A stretch of DNA of 64,000 nucleotides from the NCBI GenBank assembly GCA_964188305.1, contig OZ076893.1. The stretch is one strand, 5' to 3'. Source of the DNA: Podarcis bocagei. Its lineage: Eukaryota. The notes beneath the pieces are model-generated. The model was not told the DNA's origin. It made no database searches and saw only the letters and a program-made list of their open reading frames with translations. Below, in pieces: positions 49,081 to 62,414 of the stretch. How positions within the stretch are numbered: position 1 is the stretch's first letter; every line of letters starts with the position of its first letter. Made by a program: the position numbers and the translations under genes.

Positions 49081-49338
49081 CACCATATTTTTCGCTCTAT
49101 AAGACGCACCAGACCACAAGACGCAGCTAGTTTTGGGAGGAGGAAAACAAGAAAAAAAATATTCTGAGTCTCAGAAGCCAGAACAGCAAGAGGGATCGCT
49201 GTGCAGTGAAAGCAGCAATCCCTCTTGCTGTTCTGGCTTCTGGGATAGCTGCACAGCCTGCATTCACTCCATAAGACACACACACATTTCCCCTTACTTT
49301 TTAGGAGGGAAAAAGTGAGTCTTATAGAGCAAAAAATA
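49081..49338. mobile_element. TcMar (Tc2-like) MITE with internal 30-bp hairpin
   Basis: Ends ccatatttttcgctctataagac / gtcttatagagcaaaaaata; related to 48285-48674. Confidence 0.8.
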
Positions 49339-49459
49339 CTCCCTCTCCCTGTGTTTCACAATTATATAGGAGTGAGGGCTGCCTCAGAACATACGAATCA
49401 AGGAAATGTAGATAATTACACAGGTCATGAATTTTTTTGCTGCATGTATGTGCACATAA

Positions 49460-49829
49460 GGGGACCCAGGTGGTGCTGTGGTATAAACAACTGAGCCTTG
49501 GTCTTGCTGATCGGAAGGTCGGTGGTTCGAATCCGCGCGATGGGGTGAGCTCCCATTGCTCATACCCAGCTCCAGCCAACCTAGCAGTTTGAAAGCACGT
49601 CAAAGTGCAAGTAGATAAATAGGTACCGCTCTGGTGGGAAGGTAAACAGCATTTCCGTGCGCTGCTCTGGTTTCGCCAGAAGCGGCTTAGTCATGCTGGC
49701 CACATGACCCACAAAAACTGTCTGCGGACAAACGTCGGCTCCCTCGGCCAATAAAGTGAGATGAGCGCCGCAACCCCAGAGTCATTCGTGACTGGACTTA
49801 AATGTCAGGGGTCCTTTACCTTTACCTTT
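49460..49829 (+). mobile_element. Sauria SINE, full length
   Basis: Same head, core and tail; TSD tatgtgcacataa at 49447-49459 and 49830-49842. Confidence 0.93.
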
Positions 49830-51202
49830 TATGTGCACATAAAGCGCAAGCACAAAGTGTCTCTAGTGTATTTAGCCTATGAAGTGTGCTTAGTGTAGAA
49901 GCCTGTCAGATCTCTTTACAGGTTCATTCTAACACTTGCATAAAAGTAGAGATGATGGTATAATAACTTCAGGGGCATGTAAAAACTGTCTCAAAGAAGA
50001 AATGAACTTTACAAGCCCTGAAAATGCAAGCTGGAGAAGAGTACCCAGCCTTCAGAATTATCTCTCATACACCTGTTTGCAAACAGGGTTATAGCCACAT
50101 GATCAGGAATTTTGAAAACACAGAATGGTGTGTCTGTTAGGAAAGAGTCCTATTCATGTGTACTTGTACACATGTAGGTTGTAGGCAGACATTAAACTGT
50201 ATGTGTGAATGTCTTAAACAGAAACAGTCTGTGCTATCTCTGCCACCCCCGTCCACACACACATTCATCATAATGTCTGCACAGGGCTTGTGTTTGAGGA
50301 GGCAAATTTTGAACCAAACCAAATAGCATTATAATGGCACCTAGTGATGGAATATAAGCATTGCCACAAACATCAGTGTGAGAAAGGGAAAGCACCCATA
50401 TGTTCCAATTCACAGAGAAGCAAAAGTTGAAACACAAGTCTACACCTTAGTCAACTTATCAAAAAAACACAAATCCTTGTTAACACCTCTGATTATGAGT
50501 AATGCTAAGGGGTGTGTGTGACAAAAATATGTATAAAATACTTTAGACAGAGTTCACTTTGCAGAAATAAATTCACATTGCCTAAGTTTTGATATCAGCA
50601 GACCTCTAGTGGCTATTAATATAAATGTTGATTTCTATCTTTTTACTATTTTATGTAGGAAAGGCTGCTAAGTTTACAAAGAAAAGGAACAACTCATTCA
50701 GAAATATCATATTGAAAGATCATTTCAATAATTACTCACGTTGATGTATCTTCTGAAATAGCTCTACACTAGCATTAGTTGTCATAAAGTCATTTCCTAA
50801 GAGCCGAATTTCTAGAACATCACCAAAGCTACAGATGTGAAAAATGAGAATTCAGAACTGACCCAAAATTTTTCAAAAGAGATTTTTCTGGAGTGAAAAT
50901 CTGAGAATATTTTTGCCCTTTTCTGAAATGGAGGACAATTGGGGGGGCCTATTATCTGAATAGTCACTGTGTCTAATACATAATGCCTCTTAATAATGCA
51001 AGGCATCGTGAGGGGTGCAAAGTGGTGGCCAGGCTACTAAAGGAAAGAAGCTGTGCCATTGTTGTTGTGCTGCCCTTCCCCATTAAAATATTGAAGAATT
51101 CCTGCTCCCACACAGGCTAATGGAAAATATTTGGTGAAACGATACCCTCAATTTTTCAGCTTTGAAAGCAATAATAGCCTTCTGGAGTGGAGAATTAAAT
51201 CA

Positions 51203-51446
51203 AGAAGAAGAAGAAGAAGAAGAGTTTGGATTTGATATCCCTCTTTATCACTACCCGAAGGAGTCTCAAAGCAGCTAACATTCTCCTTTCCTTTCCTCCC
51301 CCACAACAAACAAAGTAGGGCTGAGAGACTTCAGAGAAGTGTGACTAGCCTAAGGTCACCCAGCAGTTGCATGTGGAGGAGCGGAGACGCGAACCCGGTT
51401 CCCCAGATTACAAATCTACTGCTCTTAACCACTACACCACACTGGC
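51203..51446 (-). mobile_element. Squam3-like tRNA/CORE SINE with (CTT)n tail
   Basis: Reverse complement of the gccagtgtggtgtagtggttaagag tRNA-like head, gctgggtgacctt CORE motif, (aag)n tail. Confidence 0.85.
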
Positions 51447-52654
51447 TTTCAAGCTGTCTGGGATGAGGGATGAAAGGCTTCAGGCTTTGATTCTCCAAGC
51501 AACTGCCCAAGCTGACATTGGCAAGAACTGGTAGGTGTGCACAGCACATACATAGTGCTGTAAGTGTGGATCAGGGGCCATGTTTCCCAATTGTTTTGCA
51601 AGTGATTGTCCTGTTCCATAATTTTATATAAACATTAGTAAATCTGACCAAAGTAAAGTATACCTATTTCCCTGTGATATCATTGAACACAACTATCCCT
51701 CAGAGCTTTCAAAAAGCACATGCCTCACATCTGTTCTGAATGGTGTGTATTTGTTGTTGTTTTTCTGGGTTTCTACAGTAGAAAATGGCAGGTGAGTAAC
51801 CGTCCTTCATACAGAGATGAAAACAAGAAGCAGATAGCTCCATGGAAACAACCTACAGAAGCCTCTTCCTACTCAAGACAAGTGCAGTCAACTTATTTTC
51901 TCACTTTCAATTTAGACATATTTGAAATGTAATGATTGTGGATTGCATAGATCAGTGGTCAACATGCAGCCTGTCAGTTTGGGTCATACCCTTCAAGTTT
52001 GCACAGTGGAAATACAACACAAGAGAGTTCAATTTTTTAAAAAATGACCTGTCGTTTCTAATAATGCTATTATAGCATTGTCTCCAGTGTGGTAGATAAA
52101 GCTGCATCAGCATTCCCGTTATAGTATCCATAGTCAAGACAGAAAATTCTGTGGAATGTAGCACTGAACTATTTACTAGATCCATTTTGATGTCATCATT
52201 TAATTGTTTTTAAAAATCTATAGGTCATGATTATAGATGGGTTATCTACTTCTAAAAAGCTATCTAAACTGCTTGCTATTGCATTTTGTAGATTCTACTG
52301 CCAGTCACTTTCAGTAGGTGACTTTGAGTCAGTTCTGAAGAGGGTGGCTAGTGTCCCTGAATGTTGTGTGTAGTTCTCCATGAAGGAGATTCTTGCACAT
52401 CCTTGATTTCAGTGTTCTGTTGCTCTTTTCTGTGGAGACAAACATGATTTCATCCTAGGTATGACTCTGAGTGGACATTACATATAGAGAATGAGACCTC
52501 TGATGTTGTTCTCATTTGCAAACCAGAGGAACTATCATGAGCACACACACCATAATGAAACACATATTACAACCTATTCTATTGGCTAAAATAGAGCACT
52601 TCTTTCAAGCTTAATTTCAGCATGGGAAGGGAGAAATGGATGGGACACTCCAGG

Positions 52655-52855
52655 CACTGGTGGAGGAAGAGGAGTGTGGGGGGAGCGTACCGTCCCCGGC
52701 AGCCCGGTCCCGGTGGGGTGCCATTGCGGCTGCCACCCCACCCCCACTGGGCACCATGCCCCTGCGGGTAGCACACTACACCCCCAGGATGCGTGCCAGC
52801 CCCGGCCCCGCCTGGTCTCCACCCCTCAGTGCCGGAGCATGGAGTTCTGCCACTG
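52655..52855. mobile_element. Older GC-rich hAT-type MITE
   Basis: Degenerate TIRs cactggtggag / ttctgccactg; perfect 8-bp TSD actccagg at 52647-52654 and 52856-52863. Confidence 0.8.
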
Positions 52856-55800
52856 ACTCCAGGCACCAGAAAAGGTCCCTGCAGGAACATGTGCAATAAA
52901 GTCACTCATTTAAGCCTGGCTAATGTAAAAAGAAGAAAGTGATTGTGCTGAAGTGTCAAAAATATTTCTGTGTTGTTTACAGAGGGGAAGATAATTTTCA
53001 TTCTGGGGTATTATTGGTTAAAATATTCACTTATGTAATTATGCAGTAATAACGAAGGAGTTGGCTGTAACCAACCGTTGGTAGATTGTTGCTAACAAGT
53101 CAAACATGACAAACAATTTTGAAGCAATTATTGTCATTATAAGCCACATTCAATTGTTCAGGGCAGGAGTAATAGAAAGTGACAGTTGTGCAGCTGGGAT
53201 AGCGGTGTGGAAAATGTGATTGTTCCCTCATCACGTTGGACCAGTCACAACTCAGCATTGCATTTGCTAAATACATAATTCATGTCTAATAACATTTTCA
53301 TTTACTGAAAGCAAATTACAGAGGAAAGGAAAACATAAGCAGGCACACCTCCCTCCTCCCCACCCAAAAACCCCCCAAAAACCAATTGGAAAAGGGATCA
53401 ACAAGCATGTGCATTTAGAAAGTGTATGATTATTAGCTTTTTCCATGTATTTTTTATTTTTTATGACTTTTCAAACTGCTTGGAGCAGCAGCCCATCTAG
53501 GTATTGATATGTCAAGAAGATCATCTAAAAAATTACCCTACATTTATTTGTTTTATTATACTCTTACACCACTATTTCTTCAAGAAGCTCAGGAGGGAAG
53601 GGCAGTGCTCCCTATGCCAATTGCAGCATCACAAAATCTCTGTGGGGCAGGCTGGACTGAAAGTGGATTCTCAGTGGTCTGTCAGTAAGCTTCATGATCA
53701 ACTAGACCTTTGATCTCAGGTCTCTTCAGTTTTTGTCCAAAACTCATTAGCTACTAGGATCTTGACACATGGTCTTCTGCTTTTCTATCTAGCTGATTTC
53801 CCCTCACATATCCTTATTGTATGGAGAGTGAATGAGCAGATTCCCTGAGCCCCAAGGCTATGCACACTTGGCTGTATAACCTCTGAGCGGAATCTAAGGG
53901 ACTAGCAACTTGGGAGCTGTAACAGAAAGGGACCGGAAGCAGCACCAAAGCCTGCCCAAGAACAGAAATTTCCAGATCTGGGCAAGATAATGCGTAGACA
54001 AATGAAAATGTTAGAAATTAGCATGATAACTGAATATCTGAGCAGTGTCGCATAAAGCCATCTATCACAATACCCATTTTGGTAATTCATTTCCCACAAC
54101 ACGCTAGGTGCAGGCTGAATTAAATCCCTATCCAGAGTATCTGACTCTGCTGTCTGTTTTTCTTAGGATATGTTCCAGGTTATACTAGAACAAGCTGGTG
54201 CTGCCTGTTTAGTTGACTCTACCAGTCTGCTTATGCGGTATCCCTGATGAGGGATCTACTTCTGATTTTGTTCTGGGGAAGTCAGTACTTTGTTAAAGAG
54301 GTAAAAACATCCAAGCAATGCTTCTTATACTTTATGTTTACAGATTGCAAGGGACATTTTTCTTGTGAATAGGAATTTCAACTTGCTGGGCAGTCAAAGT
54401 ACTTGTTTATAACTTATTTATTGGCCTTGAAAGTACCATCCTTGCAAACTTGGAAGAGCTGGGGAATGCAACCCTTGGCTCTTTCAGAAGAAAGGGCAGG
54501 ATTTAAATTCACTAAATAATAATTGTAAATAATGGCATAAAAGTAAAAAGGGAAGAAATGTAAGAAGGAACATGTGTGAGCACAGTGTAAGAATATGGGA
54601 ACCTCAAAAGAAAGAAAGCATCCGCAGAGCTCCTTTCTACCATAAGCTTTTCTGTTGAGGTTGGAGTGAAATTTCTATATACTAAAGGCCAGAGGATAGC
54701 AAACTGCATCTCAGGAGTCCTACTTATCTCTAAGGACAAGCATCTATTTCTGCTATGGCACCTGACCTGATTCAAAGAGCAATTCACTCTTCCTTACAGA
54801 CAATCCTTAAATGTTGCAGGTTATCCGATGACTTAAATATCTAATGCTTTATCAGTAATACTTTATCTGTCTTCAGCTGAACAATCATTCCACTGTCACT
54901 GAAACTCCCTTATATTAGCCACAAAGAAATAGTTAAAGTGTCTGCAACATGTGCTACAATTGTGTTGGTAGGTATAGTTATTTAATGTTTTCTTTTACAG
55001 TTGATATTAATTTGTGAAACTCACACTGCACCTCAGAAAGCTCAATGGACACTACTCATTTCTTTGAAGAAACTGAATATAATTTAAGTCAGTGAAGTAA
55101 TGATATATGCCAGCTTCACTTAAATTATTCACAGGTGACAAAGGCATTAATTTTCTTCGACACAGTGATATTATTTACTCCCAGTATGAAGAAACTTTTG
55201 TGATGTTGCCATGAAAAAGATAACACTTCAATTAATTTTCAGTTCAGCCCTAAGGCTTATTCTGAGACATGCAGATGTAAATGTTCAATTTCTTTTTCTT
55301 TATTGACAAAAGAATTCAGTGCTTGTGAAAGGTGGCAGACTGACAATCATGGAGGCAGAGAATGTATTTTTATTCTCAGAGCTGGTGCTGCACAATAGAA
55401 GCAGGGAGATTCTTTACATTATTCTGCCGGCTTACTTTAGCCAAGGCACTTCATAAACTAGATTGTCTGGTCCGCAAATTTTAATGCAACAGAAGCAGCA
55501 GAAAGCCTAAGTAACTATCTTAAATTTTGACACACACCATAGTTTGTTGTCAGCATAAGACATGTTATTTAGGTAGATTCCTCCCCCCCACCTTCAATTT
55601 TTAGTGCTTGCACTACTTACGCAGTCACAAATACAACTGCAGCAGATAATAGGCAATCTGAAATGTACCTGATGTGTATAGAACACATGTGTAGATCTCA
55701 GGTTTTGAGAAGGTTTTCTTCAATTCAATGGAGAAGAGTTTTTATCTGATGCATAAGAACCCCCAAAGCTGTGTAAGAATGGTGCTTTGTTCTGATCAAA

Positions 55801-56780
55801 CTGTTATATCACAATTCATATGGCACTCATTCATTTATTACAATTGGTAACTTCCTAAAACTAGGTATCTAGGAACTGCATATACCCAGCCTTAAACACG
55901 CTTTCGTACATGTAATAGCATTTTCATGCACAGAGATATGTTTAGATTTGGGGAATTAGTGATTTTTTATAATGAGCAACACATGTTACCATTCCTCTCT
56001 AATCATAGGTGCATCACGGGTCTTATGCTACTGGTGACTTCAGTACCATTAGGATTTCTCCTGAAAGGTCTAGAATCCAGTATGATCACTTTTCAATTTT
56101 ATGGCTTTCTTTGAAATTCAGATAACAATAGGAACCTCTGACTGAATTTTCTACTTCTAGTAGGCTACTGCCCTTCGTCCATCCCCTGAATTTAAGAATC
56201 ATCCCAACCTCTTTTGTGGATTCCGAGGAGTTAATAAGCTGTGCCTGGCATAACAAGTCAGAAGTAGTCAGAAGTAGGCCATAGAGCAGGTGAGTCAACA
56301 AAAAAATATCTCTGCATCACTAGGAAGAACTAGAACTCTCTCAGAAAGTGTTATATTTTCAGAAATGAGCCCTTGGATAGGGAATTGTCCTCTCAAAGCA
56401 CAGTTAGTTGGTTAGTTAGTTAGTTAGTTAGTTAGTTTTTTTAAAAAAAACACCTTATATGGCAAGTCTAGTAACTTTCCATTTAAAATCAATATAGTAA
56501 AGACGTTTGTTTTCAGACAAGGAATTTTACTGAACCTACTTTTAGCTTTCACTTTCAGGTAGCCCTAGTGGCTCTGACACACTAATATTGTGAACTGGAA
56601 TCCCCCAAGGTATAACAGAGAAAAGAGAAACAGAGCCCCAGCTGTTAGGCTGGAATGCAGCTTGTGAGTAAGTGACAGAGAATTCTATCAGAATGAATTA
56701 GTTTAGGACAGCAGGAAAGGAAGCCACAAGGAGAATAGTCAAAGATTTAAGTAGATTCTTGAAGTGGGCATATTGTGTGC

Positions 56781-56799
56781 CTGCCACCTAGAGGGGCAG
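56781..56799. promoter_or_regulatory. Candidate CTCF-binding site
   Basis: ctgccacctagaggggcag closely matches the CTCF core (YGCCMCCTAGTGG); motif match only. Confidence 0.4.
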
Positions 56800-57748
56800 A
56801 AGTATAGAAGGGTGCACTGACAGAGCTACGACACTGGAAAAAAATGGTGACAGCTTTAAGTGAACGCTAGGAAATGGAAGGAAGTATTCTAGTGGAGTGC
56901 ATCTGTACACTGGTATTAACAAATTGTGTTATACTATTCTCTGTACAACAGCAAAGAATTTAAACCTTCATACTTAGAGAAGTAGTCTTAGGCTTTAGTA
57001 TAAGGTTTCACTGCATCCTTGCATTTAATAGCCATTCCCATTCATTGCATTAAGTGCATTAAGTTGGGGGGTGGGATGGCACATGCTGTTATCCTTCCCA
57101 ACCTTCATATATTCAGCTGAATTTCTTCATGGATGCTACATTCATAAAACAGTTTGCATGTAGGGCTTTCTTTGCATTATAGAGAACCTGAAACACAAAT
57201 GACCTCACTTGTTTTCCTCCATACACATTCAGTGTGGCATGTGAATGGGGCTTCCCATTCATTCATATAGTTCTTAGGTCTTGGCCTATCTCTGATATGG
57301 GATGTTACTAGGATGCAAGATAAAGTTCAAAAGGGTAATAGGTGTAGTCAAGGGCAGCATGGCAGTCAGACACTGGACTGCTATATTTTAGTACTGTGGG
57401 GACAAAATCTTGCCTCCAATTGGACACTCATCTCCCTTAGATCACAGACTTGGAACCACAATTGCTTCCATTTACTTAAAATGAACCCTAATCCACTCCA
57501 TGCCAACCTCAATTTTACACGAAAAAGACTAATAAAATTGTTGTCAGTATATTGTGGATACAATCTCTACTAAAGCAGACTCTATGTCAGAAGCAAGACT
57601 GAAAATCCTCTTTCTGACATCTCTGCTACTACAAGCCTTTTTTTCTTTTTCTTTTTCGGCTGAAGTCCTGCTTCTTTATTTTTTGCTAGTGTTTAGAAGG
57701 GAGACCTATATTTTTCCAGTGATCTTGAGGACTCACAGGTATATGCAA

Positions 57749-57880
57749 CAGGCTGTGAGGAATCTGTGGCCCTCATTATTTTGTTGGACCATCACTCCCA
57801 TCACCCCTGACCATTGACCATGCTGGTTGGGGCTGACAGGTGTCGTAGTTCAACAATAACGGAAAACCACAGATTCCTTG
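57749..57880. mobile_element. Palindromic hAT-type MITE common in squamates (further remnants at ~29185-29240, ~46850-46933, ~60880-60920)
   Basis: ggaatctgtggccctc..gttggac..actcccatca / tgacaggtgtcgtagttcaaca..ccacagattcc inverted structure. Confidence 0.6.
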
Positions 57881-58305
57881 GTGTACATTCAGTGCCTCTA
57901 CGTGTGGCTAGTTTTGCCTCCATGTACTGCAATGTCTCCATGTGCAATACTTCATATTTTCCCATAAAAATGAATGGTAGTTTACTTTTGTGAAAGAAAC
58001 TAAAGGCGTGCGCATTTGGAGATGCCATTGTCTCTTCATAATATATGTTATATATAAGGCTGAATATTTTTGCATCTTTGGGAAATGTCACAAAAGTGAG
58101 CCAAGTTAATCATTTAGACACAAAACAGTACTTAAAGTTGTCTACAGACACAATAAATGTGCACAGATCAGAAGCATCATAATGAATGAATAGTAGCAGA
58201 AATGGCTTTGTTTACTACCCTATACCCCACATCATTGACAATGAACAAAAGAAGAAAGGAACTGATCAACAAAACTCAGCTTCATTTGCCAGAAAGTTAG
58301 CTTAC

Positions 58306-58438
58306 CATCTTGCTGGCCCTGGAGATTCTGCGGACTTTGAATTCTTTCTTCGAGATTTGAACTGAGGTCAGAGTTCACAGCAGACATCCTGGTGGAGTCA
58401 CTCAGATCAAATTCATCACTTTCTATAGAGCTTTCATC
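58306..58438 (-). CDS. NOL4: NOL4 internal coding exon (~human exon 5), 133 nt: DESSIESDEFDLSDSTRMSAVNSDLSSNLEERIQSPQNLQGQQD
   Basis: Manual minus-strand translation matches recalled NOL4 protein; acceptor tatattttcag, donor GATG|gtaag; phase 0 to 1, matching the next exon. Missed by the ORF track. Confidence 0.96.
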
Positions 58439-59306
58439 CTGAAAATATAAAATTCTGTATCACAAGCATATTAACAAATGTCAAGATAATTTTCAGGCAC
58501 AGTGTTCATATAGATTAGGGTTTACCAAGCAATTACTTGGTGTTGTTCAGCCTAGAACTGACAACCTAGAATGCTTTGATTCTTTGTTATTTAACTACAA
58601 GATCTATACAAGAGTAATTAACTGACTGTTGTGCCCAGTAACATGTGCTTAACTCCAATTGATGAGTGTAAATAGACTCAGGATTACAGCTACTGCAGAG
58701 AAGGGGGGGAACAGATAGCTGAGGTGCTCTCACCACAGCTCCCCCCATTTCATAATATGAAACAAGACAGTCTAAAGGTTTAGTGTCTCTGTACTGAACA
58801 ACTCTCTTTGCACTGCGTAATGGCATGTTGCACTCTTTCAGTATATGAGCTTCCAAGAGGAATTCTGCTTCCCCATGTGAAATAAGTTCCTTCCAAAATT
58901 AATGTGGTTATCAAGATGCTTATCCCACCCAAAATTCATAACGGCAAAGTTTGGAGTCCAAATTAAGAACTTCTCCTCGTTAAGAACTTCCAAGCAAATT
59001 ATGAGCTGAGCTTCATCCTCTAAAAAAGTTGGGCTCTGCTCGTGATTAATAAAGGCTTGGCTCCCAGCACCAGCCCTGCCCATTGTCGCAGTCCTCTTCC
59101 CTTTCCCACTGAAACCTATGTTATGGCAGTATAAACAGTGATGTGAAGGGTTGCTGCTGCTGCCGCTGCTGCTGCCTTTATTAGGCTTTGCAGCAGCACA
59201 GGAAAATGTTCTGGGCCCAAGAAAACTGGTGTCCAGAAACATGTTCAACAAGATTCCTGGAGGCCAAAGTTTCTTTAAGCTAATGACTCCTTACTAGGGA
59301 CCCAGA

Positions 59307-59677
59307 CGCGGGTGGGACGCGGGTGGCGCTGTGGGTAAAAGCCTCAACGCCTAGGGCTTGCCGATCGAAAGGTCGGCAGTTTGAATCCCCACGGCGGGGT
59401 GCGCTCCTGTTGCTCGGTCCCAGCGCCTGCCAACCTAGCAGTTCGAAAGCAAGCACCCCCAGGTGCAAGTAGATAAATAGGGACCGCTTACTAGCGGGAA
59501 GGTAAATGGTGTTTCCGTGTGCGGCTCTGGCTCACCAGAGCAGCGATGTCACGCTGGCCATGTGACCCGGAAGTGTCTCCGGACAGCGCTGGCCCCCGGC
59601 CTCTTGAGTGAGATGGGCGCACAATCCTAGAGTCTGTCAAGACTGGCCCGTACGGGCAGGGGTACCTTTACCTTTAA
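59307..59677 (+). mobile_element. Sauria SINE, full length, with duplicated 5' tip
   Basis: gacgcgggtg repeated at the head; tail gtacctttaccttta; TSD ggacccaga. Confidence 0.92.
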
Positions 59678-61968
59678 GGACCCAGAAACCCCAGGAAGGT
59701 GTTACTCCAGGGATCATGGAGCCAACAATACTATTGCCACAATCAAGGTCACAACAGTAGACCTTTGTTGCATCTACCAAGTAAATCGTGATGGGTGGGG
59801 AAGAAAGGAAGTGAGTGGATTGGGACTCATCTGGAGCTTGTGGAGGCCTACAGTCCTTGTTATATTCCTCTGGTGTGTAAAGGCCTTGTCAATCCCCAAT
59901 AACACAATTGGGAGCATGCCAAACCCAGAGCCCCCCAATTCAAAGGAACAATTTTGAGTCCAATTTGAACCAAGACAAATTTATTCATTTTAAGTATGCC
60001 CTTTCTGAATCAAGCCCAACTCATTCATCAGTAGCAGCATTTTACACCATTACACATATTTGCAACCTGGCAAAAGGGGACAAAATTCCTAAAAATTAGC
60101 CTAATTTACACTGAGCTGTAAATAGGCTCTGTACGCACAAAGGCCTTCTGGGCCAGTGTGCACATTTGGGAGGGGGGAATGGCTGCTATTGGGGCATGGC
60201 ATGACACAAAATGACTACTTGGGGGGCTGGTGTAATGGCTGCCACATCTAAAGAGCAGGAAAAAAGAGAAAGGATCACAAAATGGTGTGGCCATGCTCCA
60301 CCCACCAATCACTCCATCAATGGAAAAAGACACCTACATCGGCCACTACTATACTCACTCACAGAGGGAGGTGGCTTGTAGCTGTTTTCAGGTAAGCCCC
60401 TATCAGGAGGCCCACTAATATTGGAGGCAACCTACGAGAGCACAGTTTACCAGAGGCCCCTTCAAACCTGAAGCTAGCCGTGTTAAGAATGGCGGCATAT
60501 TTTTAAATAAAGAGTTGACTTTTTGTCTCTTCACATAGATTGCTCCTGCTAGACAGTGAGTAAGGTCAGAAGCTCTTGCATAAAACAGCTACTGGCTTCT
60601 GATGTCCAGTCAACTGTATTCTACTCAGAGTCACATTTCTCTGATACTCCCCGCTTCCACCAGCAGTATTCAGTTGTTAGATGTGCTCTATGATGATAGG
60701 ATGCAGGAGCAAAGCCAGTAGAATTGATAAATAGGACCTGCAGCTAACAGTGGCAGTATGGAGTCATCATTATTCGGTTCCTGTTTACTGGTCCAGTTAG
60801 TCAGCACTCCTCCACAGTGATCTGCCCTAGGGGTCGCCAACAGGGTGCTCTCTCTGATGAATCACTATGCTTGCTTTGGCTGATGAGACCTGGAGTCCAG
60901 CATCTGGAGGGCATCACATTGTCTGCTACTAGTAGGAAGGGAAGGAAATAGAGCAGGGGTAGCCAGTATGGTTGGCCTGTGCTGCTCACCTGACCTCCCT
61001 CTGGCTGAGTTCCAGGATGGATTCCAGGATGGAGAATTCCAGCATTCGAGGATGGAGAGGAGTGGGGGGCAAGGCAGTGCAAAGTCAGTGTGGATCAATC
61101 CACCTATGTTTCTGACCATCAGTATTTTGTGGTTATTCTTGAGATCTCCCCATTCAGGTTTTTACTTCAGATATTTTTGTTTACTTCTGCACTTCTCCCA
61201 CACCCTGGGAAGCTGCTGAATACCTCCCTGTTGTCTGTGAAAGGTGCCATTTTAGCTACATAAGCAATGGCACTCAAAGCCTGAACATATTCAATAGAAA
61301 GAATGGTGGTGGTATTAGAAGATGCCAGTCTACCTTGCCTTTCTTTCACATGTAGCAAAATCCTAGACACGTCTACACTGAAGCTGGTTTTATTAAGTTC
61401 AATGTGACTTATTCTTAGGTAAGCAGGTACAGGATTTTAGCTTAAGCCTTTCATCAACTAGCTTGCAAAGATGAAACTGAACAGAAAACATTACATAATT
61501 CAATATGATCTTAATAACTGCAAATATCTTACATGACCTTTGAGACCCTGTCTAAGCTGCAGGTGACCCTATCTATCTAATTATTCTACTAAATTGTCAG
61601 ATGGTTTAATGTAAAACAGAGAAAAGGCAAAAATACTAGATCAGTTTTCCTTTAATTCTCCCAGATAATCAGATCAACTCTTCGTTATATTTCTTCTGCT
61701 TATCCCACTCAGAAAACCCCTACTCAGAAAAGCTTTAAGCATATTCTGAAATCCCTCTTGCATAAGTCCAGACTCAAGGGTTTTGCTGTAAATTTAAGTA
61801 GCGACTTAAGAAGCTGCGCTAAAGTGTTTTATTTGGCAGGGATCATTTAAACACATGCACACTAACATACACACTAACAAACCATGTGAATTGAACGAAC
61901 TAGGTTCAAGACCTAAGCATGCTAGTTCTTAAGACATCTACAGAAGTTTCTGATGGACTTGGTTGATA

Positions 61969-62414
61969 ATGGAGAGTCCTGAAGGGCCACAATTGCCTTT
62001 CTGACCTCCCACTTCTGCCTTAAATGTACATGCTCTCTCATACCCTTCCCAGGCTTCAGTACTGCCTCTGGCAATAGCTTTTACAGTTTCACTATACATA
62101 ATATTAAGCCAAACCATGACTTCGCATGAATGAGCATGCTTGGAGAGGAGGTCACAGCTGCTTTGGATCTGTTCTAGTTCTGCTGCTGCACTGTGCTGAG
62201 TTAAGTCAAGGTTTGGCTAGTTGGTCATCCGAACGTGGGCTTTGGTTTAGCTCTCCCAGAAATGCCAAAGTAGGACAAATATTGGCTAGAGGCCCTGGTG
62301 TGTCTGGAGAGAGCTAAGCCCCATGTTCAGGAGACATGCTGAGAATCCTAAGGATCAGATGGAGAGTCCTGAAGGGCCACAATTGCCTTTCTGACCTCCC
62401 ACTTCTGCCTTAAA
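61969..62414 (+). repeat. Perfect 56-bp direct repeat, copies at 61969-62024 and 62359-62414
   Basis: atggagagtcctgaagggccacaattgcctttctgacctcccacttctgccttaaa occurs twice. Confidence 0.95.

Noticed and set aside
50740-50828. Possible cryptic NOL4 exon with gtgagt donor (13- or 89-nt options)
   Set aside because: Ambiguous acceptor, frame-disrupting, no supporting homology.
58587-59251. ORFs 58838..59251 and 58587..58856 as a retrocopy or gag-like remnant
   Set aside because: No protein family recognised; needs tblastn; not supportable from reading alone.
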